A stretch of DNA of 20,000 nucleotides from Malacoraja senta. Lineage: Eukaryota. The notes beneath the pieces are model-generated. The model searched no databases, was not told the DNA's origin, and saw only the letters and a program-made list of their open reading frames with translations. Positions 9,803 through 20,000 of this stretch are shown in pieces (the stretch's first letter is position 1; each line of letters begins with the position of its first letter). The DNA lies in contig JAXLNO010000306.1 in assembly GCA_038087875.1 (NCBI GenBank), positions 45,581 through 65,580 of the forward strand, read 5' to 3'. Both the position numbers and the translations under genes were made by a program.

Positions 9803-9996
9803 CAAAGATACTAGAGGAGCAAGATAGACCACTCTTACGAAATCCAATGGACTGACGTGTAGTACGTATCGGAACGCAACGGAACGTCACTTCCACCATT
9901 TTAGGAATAAGATCCCGATTCCCCGTTATGTCTCTCAGTTTAATCCATGTCAGTCCATTGGTTTAGCAGTTTATCTTGGTCTCTTAGCCTTCTATG
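9803..9996. mobile_element. Short non-autonomous P-type element (MITE-like)
   Basis: Starts caaagatactagaggagcaagatagaccactc..ccaatggactgacgtgtagtacg (like 854-917); reverse complement of its end is catagaaggctaagagaccaagataaactgctaaaccaatggactgac, an imperfect inverted repeat. Confidence 0.65.
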
Positions 9997-10120
9997 TTAG
10001 ACCATTATTATCTTGTTTATAATAAAAGGTGCTTCTTTTAAAAAATAATTAAAAGGGAAACTGCGTATAAAATGGACGACAATGCGCAATGAAAGGTCTC
10101 TGGACCACATACACCGATAT

Positions 10121-10182
10121 GATGCGTGTGCGGCTAGACGGGCTCTTCTTCACGTAGTCACTCACGTGACTCCGAAGTAAAA
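10121..10182 (-). mobile_element. Orphan left terminus of a related DIRS element
   Basis: 10146-10182 ttcttcacgtagtcactcacgtgactccgaagtaaaa differs from 8457-8493 at 2 positions. Confidence 0.85.
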
Positions 10183-10918
10183 TTCCACAGGATTCACAAC
10201 TCTTTGGGTGGAAAAAGGTTTCCTCATCTCAGTCCTAAATGGCCTACCCCTTATTCTTAAACTGCAACTCCTCCAACATTGGGAACATTTTTCCTGTATC
10301 TAGACTGTCCAATCCCTTAAGAATTTTATATGTATCTATAAGATCCCCTCTAATCCTTCTAAATGCCAGTGGATAAAGCCCAGTCGATCAATTCTTTCAT
10401 CATGTGTCAGTCGCGCCATCCCGGGAATTAAGCTGGCGAACCTACGCTGTATTCCCTCTATGGCAATAATGTCCTTACAGAAATTAGGAGACCAAAACTG
10501 TACACAATACTCCAGGTGTGGTCTCATCAGTGCCCTGTACAAACTGCAGTTGGACCTCCTTGCTCCTATACTGAAATCCTCTTGCTATGAAGGCCAACAT
10601 GCCATTAGCTTTCTTCACTGCCTGCTGTATCTGCCTTCTTGTTCTTACCACCAAAGTGGATAACCTCACATTTATCCACTTTATACTGAATCTTCCATGC
10701 ATCTGCCCACTCACCCAACCTATCCGTCAACCTGCAGCCTCATAGCATCCTCCTCGCAGCACACACTGCCACCCAGCTTTGTGTCATATACAAACGGAGA
10801 TGTTACATTTTAATTCCTTTGACTACATTGTTAATATCTATTGTCAATAACTGGGGACCCAGCACTGAGCCTTGCGGCACTCCGCTAGTCATTGCCTGCC
10901 ATTATGAAAAGTACCCAA
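10183..10918 (-). mobile_element. CR1 LINE ORF2 fragment (RT end and C-terminus)
   Basis: ORFs 10336-10542 (YRALMRPHLEYCVQFWSP..EGIQRRF) and 10484-10714 (KANGMLAFIARGFQYRSKEV); [10 protein letters not shown] near 10850-10885. Confidence 0.92.
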
Positions 10919-11012
10919 TGTCCTGTGTCCGCTCAGATCTGGCACCAGATAGGCACACATCGTACTGTAGTCTGGCCCATGGCCGCAGAAACAGCAGAGT
11001 CCCCATCACTAT

Positions 11013-11537
11013 TTGAGCCAATTTTGGACTCCATATCTGAGGAAGGATATGCTGGCTCTGGAGAGGGTCCAGAGGAGGTTTACAAGAATGATCCCAGGAA
11101 TGAGTAGGTTAACCTATGATGAGCGTTTGTCGGCACTGGGCCTGTACTCGCTGGAGTTTAGAAGAATGAGGCGGGACCTCATTGATACGTACAGAATAGT
11201 GAAAGGATTTGATAGAGTGGATGTGGAGAAGATGTTTCCACTAGTGGTTGAGTCGAGGACTAGAGGGCGTAGCCTCAGTATTAAAGGATGTTCATGTTGG
11301 AAGGAGAGGAGGAGGAATTTCTTCAGTCAGAGGGAGGTGAATCTGTGGAATTCTTTGCTCAGTGGATATTTTCAGGTAGAGGTAGAACTATTTTTGATTA
11401 GTACGGGGTCAGGGGTTATGGGAGAAGGCGGGAGATTGGGGTTAGGAGGGAGAGATAGATCAGCAATGATTGAGTGTCAGAGTAGTCGATGGGCCGAATG
11501 GCATAATCTACTCCTATCACGGATGACCTTATGACCA
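11013..11537 (+). mobile_element. CR1 LINE 3' fragment with 3' UTR
   Basis: QFWTPYLRKDMLALERVQRRFTRMIPG..LGLYSLEFRRMR..RTRG..FFSQR.VNLWNSL; tail gatgggccgaatggc..ttatgacc. Confidence 0.93.
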
Positions 11538-11539
11538 CA

Positions 11540-11860
11540 TGCTCCTCATTGCCCTCCACCTCTCGCACTCTTCCCTCCACCTCTGTCTCTATCGCTCCCC
11601 TACCCGCTCCCTCAAACCTCTTCCTCTTTCTCCCCACTCCTCTCCGCTCTCTCCCTCTCTCTGCCCACATGTCCCCCCTCTCCCCACTCTCCTCCGCTCT
11701 CTTCCTTCATTCCTCCCCGACTCTCTCCCCACTCCCTCTCCACACACCCGCACCCTCTCTCTCCCCACAGTCCTCTCCCTCCTTCCCCACACATCTCCCG
11801 CCCTCTGTCTCCGCACTCCCTCTCTCTACCCCCAACACACCAGCACCTTCTCTCTCCCCA
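11540..11860. repeat. C/T-rich low-complexity tract
   Basis: Almost purely pyrimidine + strand with recurring ctctctcccca(c) motifs. Confidence 0.9.
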
Positions 11861-11904
11861 CTGTCTGCGAGTTTAAACGTGGCGCTGAAACAAAGCCGAA
11901 GAGA

Positions 11905-12410
11905 CAGACATCAGGCAGAGCCGTGGTTGTCGGGGACTCCATCGTGAGAGTACAGACAGGGGTTTCTGCAGCAACAGGCGGGATTCAAAGATGGTGTATT
12001 GCCTCCCTGGTGCCAGGGTCCAGGACGTCACGGACCAATTGCAGGGCATCCTCAAGGGTGAAGGTGAACAGCCAGAAGTGGTAGTACATGTCGGCACAAA
12101 TGATGTCGGGAAGAAGAGGAAAGAAATTCTGCAGCGTGACTTTACAGAGCTTGGAAGAAGGCTGAAAAGCAGGACCTCCAGTGTGGTTATCTCCAGTTTG
12201 CTTCCAGTTCCTCATGCTGGAGAGGGCAGGAACAGTCAGATAGGGGATCTGAAGGTGTGGCTGAGGAGCTGGTGCAGGGGGCAGGGATTTGGATTCTTAG
12301 CCCATGGGATCTGTTTTGGGGTAAGGGTGAATTGTACAAAAGGGACGGGTTACACCTTAACTGGCGGGGGACCGGCATTGTGGCAGGCAGGTTTGCCACT
12401 GCTACACGGG
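11905..12410 (+). pseudogene. CR1 ORF1 SGNH/GDSL esterase domain
   Basis: AVVVGDSIVR, CLPGARVQD, VVVHVGTND and DGLHLN motifs in shifting frames. Confidence 0.9.
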
Positions 12411-12605
12411 GGGGGGGGGGGGGTTTAAAGTAAATAGTGGGGGGGAGAGACAAATTGGAAATACAAGGATGGAGTTAAAGGGAAAGAGAGTATAGGAAAA
12501 GTTAAGAAAGACACCAGAATTAACGGGGCAGAAAGCTCACGAAGGGATATGAGAGTATGGCCAAGTGTAATAGGGATCGATGTGAAAGGTGAGGTGAGTA
12601 ATGGA

Positions 12606-15333
12606 TTAAAATATATATATGAATGCACAAAGTATAAGAAGTAAAGTAGATGAGCTTGAGCCTCAGTTAGAGATTGGTAGATATGACATTGTGGGGATTA
12701 CAGAGACGTGGCTGCAGGAGGATCGGGCCTGGGAACTGAATATTCAGGGTTATACATCCTATAGAAAGGACAGGATGGTGGGCAGAGGAGGGGGGTAGTT
12801 CTATTGATGAGGGATGAAATTCAGTCCCTTGCGAGGGGTCACATAGGGACTGAGGATGTAGAGTCTCTGTGGATAGAATTGCGGAATTGTAAAGGTAAGA
12901 ACGCACTAATGGGAGTTATCTACAGGGCCGCAAACAGTAGCGTGGATATAGGGTACAAGTTGCAGCAGGACTTAAAACTGGCATGTAACAAAGGTAATGC
13001 CACTGTGGTGATGGGAGATTTCAATATGTGGTAGACTGGGAAAATCAGATTGGTTCTGGACCCCAAGAAAGAGAGTTTGTAGAATGTCTCCGAGATGGAT
13101 TCTTAGAGCAGCTTGTAATGGAGCCGACCAGAGAAAAGGCAATTCTGGATTTAGTGTTGTCCAATGAACCAGATATGATAAGAGAACTCGAGGTAAAGGA
13201 ACCACTTGGAGGTAGTGATCATAATATGACAAGTTTCAATCTGCAATTTGAGAGTGAGAAGGTTAAATCAGAAGTGGCAGTGATGCAGTTGAACAAAGGG
13301 GACTATGAAGGCATGAGAGAGGAGCTGGCCAAGGTGGACTGGAAAGGGATCCTAGCAGGAATGACGGTGGAACAGAAATGGCAGGAATATCTGGGCATAA
13401 TCCGGAAGATGCAGGATCATTTCATTCCAAAGAGGAAGAAAGATTCTAAGGGGAGTAAGAGACGTGGCTGACAAGAGAAGTTAGGGATGGAATAAAACTA
13501 AAAGAAAAGATGTATAACACAGCAAAGAGTAGCCGAAGCCAGAGGATGGGAAACTTTCATAGGACAACAGAAGGAAACAAAACGGGCAATACGGGCTGAA
13601 AAGATGAAGTACGAAGGGAAGCTGGCCAGGAATATAAAGTAGGATTGTAAAAGCTTCTTTAGATATGTTAAAGGAAAAGGATTAGTAAAGTCAAATGTGG
13701 GTCCCTTGAAGGCAGAAACATGTGAAATTGTTATGGGCAACAAGGAAATGGCAGAAGAGTTGAACAGGTACTTTGGTTTCTGTCTTCACTAAGGAAGTCA
13801 CGAACAGATCTCCCAGATGTACTAGAGGACAGAGGATCTCGGGAGGCAGAGGAACTGAAAGAAATTTGCATTAGGCGGAAATAATATTGGGTAGACTTGA
13901 GCTGGAAGTGTTTTGGCCCAAAACGTTTGCCTATCTCCTTCGCTCCATAGATGCTGCTGCACCCGCTGAGTTTCTCCAGCATTTTTGTGTACCTCCCATA
14001 TTGGGTAGACTGATGGGAGTGAAGGCTGATAAATCCCCAAGGCCTGATGGTCTGCATCACAGGGTACCTAAGGAGGTGGCTCTGAAAATTGTGGACGCAT
14101 TGGTGATCATTTTCCAAATGTTCTATAGATTCAGGATCAGTTCCGGTGGATTAGAGGGTAGCTAATGTTATCAAGAAAGGAGCGAGAGAGCAAATGAGGA
14201 ATTATAGACCAGTTAGCCTGACATCGGTGGTGGGGAAGATGCTGAAGTCAATCATTAAATAAGTAATAACGGTGCATTTGGATAACAGTAAAAGAATTGG
14301 TCCAAGTTAGCATGGACTTATGACGGGAATTCCTGCTTGACTAATCTTCTGGAATTTTTTGAGGATGTGACAAGTAAAATGGATGAAAGAGAGCCAGTGG
14401 ATGTAGTGTCTCTGGACTTTCAGAAAGCGTTTGATAAGGTCCCACACAGGAGATTAGTGGGCAAAATGAGAGCACACGGTTTGGGGGTATTGACGGATAG
14501 AGAATTGGTTGGCAGACAGGAAACAAAGCGTAGGAATAAACGGGTCCCTGTCAGAATGGCAGGCCATGGCGAGTGGAGTACCGCAAGGCTCGGTGCTGAG
14601 GCCGCAACTATTTACAATATTTATTAATGGTTTAGATGATGGGATTAAAAGTAACACTAGCAAATTTGCAGATGACACAAAGCTGAGTGGCAGTGTGAAC
14701 TGTGAAGAGGATGCGAGGAGGTTGCAGGGTGACTTGGACAAGTTACGTGAGTGGGCGGATGCATGGCAGATGCAGTATAATACAGATAAATGTGAGGTTC
14801 TTCACTTTGGCGGCAAGAACAAGGGGGCAAATTGTTATCTCAATGGTGTCAGATTAGGGAAAAGGGAAGTGAAACGAGACCACACCTGGGGTGATGTGTG
14901 CAGTTGAGGACATCCTTGCTATTGAGGTAGTGCAGCGTCGGTTCACCAGGTTAATCCCCGGGATAGCGGGACTGTCATATGAAGAAAGATTGGAAAGACT
15001 GGGCTAGTATTCACTGGAATTTAGAAAGATGAGGGGGATCTTATAGAAACATATAAAATTATAAAAGGACTGGACAAGCTAGATGCAGGAAAAATGTTCC
15101 CACTGATGGGGGAGTCCAGAACCAGGGGCCACAGTCAAAGAATAAATGGGAGGCCATTTAAAACTGAGATGAGAAACAACTTTTTCCCCCAGAGAGTTGT
15201 GAATTTGTGGAATTCTCTGCCACTGAAGGCAGTGGAGGCCAAGTCACTGGATGCATTTAAAAGAGAGTTAGATCGAGTTCTTGGGGTTAGCGGAATCAAA
15301 GGATATGGGGAGAAAGCAGGCATTGGTTACTGA
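12606..15333 (+). pseudogene. CR1 ORF2 endonuclease-reverse transcriptase (disrupted)
   Basis: YDIVGITETWL, VMGDFN, ILDLVL, GGSDHN (APE); [44 protein letters not shown] (RT); many frameshifts and stops. Confidence 0.95.
13898..13997 (+). mobile_element. 100-bp retroposed insertion (Penelope/SINE-like) with 14-bp TSD
   Basis: Perfect direct repeats atattgggtagact at 13884-13897 and 13998-14011; body agatgctgctgcacccgctgagtttctccagca is related to the reverse complement of 19710-19770. Confidence 0.85.
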
Positions 15334-15409
15334 TTGTAGATGATCAGCCATGACAATGAAAGGCGGTGCTGGCTCGATGGGCCGAATGGCCTCCTGCACC
15401 TATTTTCTA

Positions 15410-15600
15410 CCCTCCCACCCTCTCTCTCCGCATCCCTCTCTTTCCTCTCACACCCCTCTCTCCAGACGCTCCTAACATTTCTCTACAAACCACATCTCTC
15501 TCCCCACACTACTCCCAATCTCTCTTCCCACACTTCTCCCATTCTCTCTCCCCACCCCCCCTCTCCCCCCTCACTCCTCCCCCTCTCTATCCCCACACAC
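15410..15600. repeat. C/T-rich low-complexity tract
   Basis: Pyrimidine-rich tract directly after the CR1 3' end. Confidence 0.85.
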
Positions 15601-16044
15601 CTGTCACATCTTCACCTAAGATGTGGAATAATAATAGTGACACAATATTTACAGGTTACATTCCTTTGTCTCTGTGTTTATTATCTCCCCGGGCCATGGC
15701 CTCCTGCCTTTTCTTACACAGCACACACCCGATCTGTCCTTCACGTCAGCTGATACAAAGAGCAAGATATTTGCATATCATTATCATAACTCATCGTCGT
15801 GACAACTCCCACTCTCTATCCCCACACTCCCCCACCTCCCCTGTTCTTTAACAGAGACAGAATTGGTCTCACTGACCCGACTGCTGCTGCAATATTCCCC
15901 CGAGGGGCCGTCACCCCAATAGTATGCAGAAGGCAGTGCTTGTCGGAGAGGGGGAGAGCCACGGAGAATCCTGCACTACCCGCTGCCTCTTCTGATGGCC
16001 ACCCATGTGGCTGAACCTCTGCTGGGAATGGGGACTGAGCCGAT

Positions 16045-16762
16045 GGGATAGGGAGGAGGGAAGCGTGTGGGTCAGAAGGAGGGGTGGAGGGAGGGGGAGG
16101 GGCAGAGGTCGGGCCTGAGGGATGGGAGTGGGAGGGAGGGAGTGTCATCGGGAGGGGGGAGAGCCAGGGAGAGGAAAGGAGGAGTAGGGTCAGAGGGAGA
16201 GGAGTTGGGGAGGGAGTTAGGGGGACAGGGTGGGCGAGAGGGAGGAAGGCGGAGAAGGTGGATGAGTGTAAATGGAGAGCAAGGGGGATGGAGGCAGGGG
16301 GGGTGAAGGGGAGAGGAAGAGAAGGAGAGGAAGAGGGGGAGAGGAGGGGAGGAGGGAGGGGAGGGAAGAGGGAGGGAAGGGGTGGGAAGGGGAGGGAAAG
16401 GCGGGCAGGAGAGGGGAAGTGGGGAGCGCAAGGGGATGGGGGGACCAATGGTTGGAGGGGGAAGATGGAGGGAAGATGGAGGGGAGATGGAGGGGTGGAG
16501 GAGGAGATTTGGAGGGGGAGAAGAAGGAGAGAGAGTGGGAGAAAGTGCGGGAGTGGGACGGGGAGCAGGAAGAAGGAGAGGGTGCGTGTGGGGAGAGGGT
16601 AGGGGGCGAGGGAGGGGGAGAAGGAGGAGAGAGAGTGGGAGAAGGTGCGGGAGTGGGACGGGGAGCAGGAAGGAGAGGGGTGTGTTTGTGGGGAGAGGGT
16701 AGGGGGCGAGTGAGGGAGAGAGGGAGGGTGGGGAGGAGGGGGTTGTGGGGAGAGGTAGGGGA
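16045..16762. repeat. G/A-rich tract including a 100-bp tandem duplication (16511-16710)
   Basis: Purine-rich + strand; 16511-16610 and 16611-16710 are near-identical units. Confidence 0.9.
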
Positions 16763-16780
16763 GTCTCAAGCATCAAGCAA

Positions 16781-16978
16781 CTATCCTCCAGTCCACGGGA
16801 ACTGATCCAGAGTTTATAGAACATTGGAAATGATCACCAATGCATCCACAATTTCTAGGCCCACCTCATTGAGTACTCTGGGATGCAGACCATCAGGCCC
16901 TGGGGATTTATCTGCCTTCAGCCTCAACAGTTTACCTAACATCATTTCCTGCCTGATGTGGATATTTTTCAGTTCCTC
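16781..16978 (-). mobile_element. CR1 ORF2 internal fragment
   Basis: Minus strand KADKSPGPDGLHPRVLNEVGLEIVDALVII; reverse-homologous to ~13850-14160. Confidence 0.9.
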
Positions 16979-16991
16979 TCTCCCGGTACAT

Positions 16992-17062
16992 CAGGATCGG
17001 CAACCAACGGCGCACGGGCTGTTTCCGTCCCGTAAACCGAAATCATCTGGTCCGCAGGCGGG
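16992..17062 (+). mobile_element. Possible hAT/Charlie-like transposon end
   Basis: caggatcggcaacc..cggcgcacgggc..tccgtcccg..atcatctggtccgc resembles recalled CAGGGGTCGGCAACC..GGCCCGCGGGCC hAT termini; no partner end seen. Confidence 0.4.
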
Positions 17063-17145
17063 TTTTTTTCAATTCGTTTTCGCGTCCTGGGTGGTACAAC
17101 CAGTCCCGGGGCTCACAGGCGACCTGGGAACTACAGCCAGTCCCG

Positions 17146-18588
17146 AGAAAATAGGTGCAGGAGTAGGCCATTCGGTCCATCGAGCCTGCATTCGATATGA
17201 TCATGGCTGATCATCCAACTCAGTATCCCATGCCTGCCTTCTCTCCATATCCCCTGATCCCTTTGGCCGCAACGGCCACATCTAACTCCCTCTTAAATAT
17301 AGCCAATGAACTGGCCTCAACTACCTTCTGTGGCAGAGAATTCCACAGATTCACCACTCTCTGCGTAAAAATGATTTTTTCATCTCAGTCCTAAAAGACT
17401 TCCCTCTTATCCTTAAACTGTGACCCCTAGTTCTGGACTCCCCAACATCGGGTATAATCTTCCTGCATCTAGCCTGTGCAACCCTTGAGTATTTTGTAAG
17501 TTTCTATAAGATCCCCCCTCAATCTTCTAAATTCTAGCATGTACAAGCCGAGTCTATCCAGTCTTTCTTCATATGAAAGTCCTGCCATCCCAGGAATCAG
17601 TCTGGTGAACCTTCTCTGTACACCCTCTATGGCAAGAAAGTCTTTCCTCAGATTAGGAGACCAAAACTGTACGCAATACTCCATCCAGGTGTGGTCTCAC
17701 CAAGACCCTGTATAACTGCAGTAGAACCTCCCTGCTCTTATACTCAAATCCTTTTGCTATGAATGCTAACATACCATTTGCTTTATTCACTGCTGCTGCA
17801 CCTGCATGCCTACTTTCAATGACTGGTGTACCATGACACCCAGGTCTTGTTGCATCTCCCCTTTTCCTAATCGGCCACCATTCAGATTATATTCTACTTT
17901 CCTGTTTTTGCCACCAAAGTGGATAACCTCACATTTATCCACAATATATTGCATCTGCCATGCATTTGCCCACGCACCCAACATATCCAAGTCACCTTGC
18001 AGCCTCCTAGCATCCTCCTCACACTAACACTTCCCCCCCCCCCAGCTTCGTGTCATCCGCAAACTTGGAGATCTTGCATTCAATTCCCTCATCCAGTTCA
18101 TTAATATATATTGTAAATAGCTGGGGTCCCAGCACTGAGCCTTGCGGTACCCCACTAGTCACTGCCTGCCAATTCTGAAAAGGACCCTACTCCTACACTT
18201 TGCTTCCTGTCTGCCAGCCAGTTCTCTATCCACATCAATACTGAACCCCCAATACCGTGTGCTTTAAGTTTGCATACTAATCTCTTATGTGGGACCTTGT
18301 CGAAAGCCTTCTGAAAGTCCAGATACAACACATCCACTGGTTCTCCCTTATCCACTCTACTAGTTACATCCTCGAAAAATTCTATAAGATTTGTCAGACA
18401 TGATTTACCTTTCATACATCCATGCTGACTTTGTCCAATGAATTCACCAATTTCCAAATGTGCTGCTATCCCATCGTTAATAACTGACTCTAGCATTTTC
18501 CCCACTACCGATGTTAGACTAACTGGTCTGTAATTCCAGTTTTCTCTCTCACTCCCTTTTTAAAAAGTGGGGTTACATTAGCTACCCT
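17146..18588 (-). mobile_element. CR1 LINE 3' half (RT, C-terminus, 3' UTR)
   Basis: ORFs 18155-18505 (QHG..GKSCLTNL..YLDFQKAFDKVPH), 17787-17990 and 17469-17684; 3' tail at 17146-17185. Confidence 0.95.
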
Positions 18589-18619
18589 ATCAGAAATGGG
18601 GGCGTGGGGGGGAGGGAAT

Positions 18620-18680
18620 AGCAGATGGAGTTCATTCTGAGCAAGTGTGAAACATTGCACTTTAGGAGGTCAAATATGTG
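18620..18680 (+). mobile_element. Small old CR1 fragment
   Basis: QMEFILSKCETLHFRRSN resembles the CR1 WQM.FN..KCEV.HFG motif. Confidence 0.55.
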
Positions 18681-19709
18681 CAAAATATACAATGATCCTT
18701 AACATCATTGCTGTATAAACATATCTTTGTAATCAGTGGAAGTCCCCAAACTGTTGAAGGTGCTTTATTTACATGGCCGTCGAAGGGGGGGGGGAGGGGG
18801 GGAGGGGGGGAGGGGGGGAGGGGGGAGCAATAGGTACAGTCGCACTCCCCTTTTTTTCCACAGAGTAAAACAAATTGGTGTTTCGGGAAACTGTTTTGTA
18901 GGTTTTACACACTGGGCTTTTTGAGGTGTGCCTCTACCTCGGTAGCAATGAGGTGACAACGGAATATTGAGTGTGGTTAGGGTTTGGGTTTGGGTAGGAC
19001 ACGGCCACAGCCCCAGCCACCACCACAGCTAACAACCGGTCACAGAAAGAAGATGAAATGAGTCAGGGTACGTGATGTGATGATGTCACGTTTACCGATT
19101 GGACATGTGGCTGAGCTGGAAATGTCACCTCCTGCACCGTTCCCTTCAGCTCATTAGCGGCAATTAAAATAATTTATTATTGCTGCCGCTGCCTCACGTC
19201 ACCATGGTTTAAATTGTCGCCCATGTCGTATCCTCTCACGTCTAGTTATAGCTTGTCAGGTCCACAGGACTTTCACTCCAGGTCTCAATTAACCCGTTTT
19301 TACTCCTTATGTTGTTGACCTTTTGACTGATTGACCAGAGGAGCCCGTCCATGAAGAGCCACCGAGGAGGCAGAGAGCGGAGAGCCGGCTCCAGGGCACC
19401 GGAGAGCGGGCAGGAAGCTGCCCTTCACACGGCAGTCACCCCTACACCCGCCCGGCTGCTCCGCCCCGGCCCAACATACAGCCCCCGGCACCCAGGCACT
19501 GGACTGCCACCAAGCTGAAGGCAGAGCTCACCGCCCTGCCAGTCCCTATCCCAACGCCAACTCTACACACTCTTCATCAACTCAACCAGAGCCTTGGGGT
19601 TAGCACACCACTCTGCTTTAGTTGAAAATCAGATCCATTCTCTAGACGCCATCGCCTCCCTGGTGTTCCCACCTGCTCCAGCCTCAAACAAAGCCTGGGT
19701 GAAGGGAAA

Positions 19710-19771
19710 ATAGACACAAAGTGTGGAGTAACTCAGCGGGTCAGGCAGCATCTCTGGAGAACATGGATAGT
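19710..19771 (-). mobile_element. Penelope/SINE-like repeat fragment
   Basis: Reverse complement ctatccatgttctccagagatgctgcctgacccgctgagttactccacactttgtgtcta is related to the 13898-13997 insert. Confidence 0.65.
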
Positions 19772-20000
19772 CATAGAGTGACACAGTGTGGAAACAGGCC
19801 CTCCAGCCCAACTTGCCCACACCGGCTAATAATGTCCCACTTGCCTGCGTTTGGTCCATATCCCTCCAAACCTGTCCTGTCCATGTACCTGTCTAATTGT
19901 TTCTTAAATGATGGAATAGTCCCCAACCTCAACCACCTCCTCTGGCAGCTCGTTCCCTACACCTACCACCCTTTGTGTGTCAAAGTTACCCCTTGGATTC
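19772..20000 (-). mobile_element. CR1 LINE 3' end of another subfamily (runs off the window)
   Basis: Minus strand FDTQRVVGVGNELPEEVVEVGTIPSFKKQLDRYMDRTGLEGYGPNAGKWD, then ttgggctggagggcctgtttccacactgtgtcactctatga tail. Confidence 0.88.

Larger units (their letters stand above)
11880..15410 (+). mobile_element. CR1 LINE, 5'-truncated (ORF1 C-terminus, ORF2, 3' UTR)
   Basis: SGNH esterase, APE endonuclease, RT and CR1 C-terminus in order; ends gatgggccgaatggcctcctgcacctattttcta. Confidence 0.95.

Noticed and set aside
15816..16824. Long Pro/Ser/Leu- and Gly/Arg/Glu-rich ORFs (up to 317 aa)
   Set aside because: Open on both strands only because the G/A tract lacks stop codons; the same applies to 11416-12084 and 15340-15851.
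18772..18860. CATGG-starting G-rich transposon terminus
   Set aside because: No partner end or TSD; mostly G runs.
18975..18995. Interstitial telomeric repeat
   Set aside because: Only one exact TTAGGG plus two variants.

Overview
Eukaryotic, repeat-dense non-genic DNA; the repeat types suggest a cartilaginous fish such as a skate or ray (inference). No intact host gene, RNA gene or CRISPR array is supported. The main structure is a decayed ~8.9-kb P-superfamily DNA transposon on the minus strand (854-9800). It has 37/38-bp CAAAG-starting inverted termini, two THAP exons and a large DDE transposase exon. A 3.7-kb DIRS1-type tyrosine-recombinase retrotransposon (4770-8493, minus) sits in one of its introns. 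The DIRS keeps its complete ITR/ICR architecture, gag and a lightly damaged recombinase, but it has no recognisable RT core and its RNase H/methyltransferase region is strongly eroded. The rest of the window is CR1 LINE material (one long 5'-truncated copy with ORF1 esterase and ORF2, plus fragments), a Rex1-like fragment, SINE/Penelope-like pieces and purine/pyrimidine low-complexity tracts. I see no wholly new biological system; the best candidates for something undescribed are the RT-less DIRS with a putative gag-skipping intron and the intron-containing P element.
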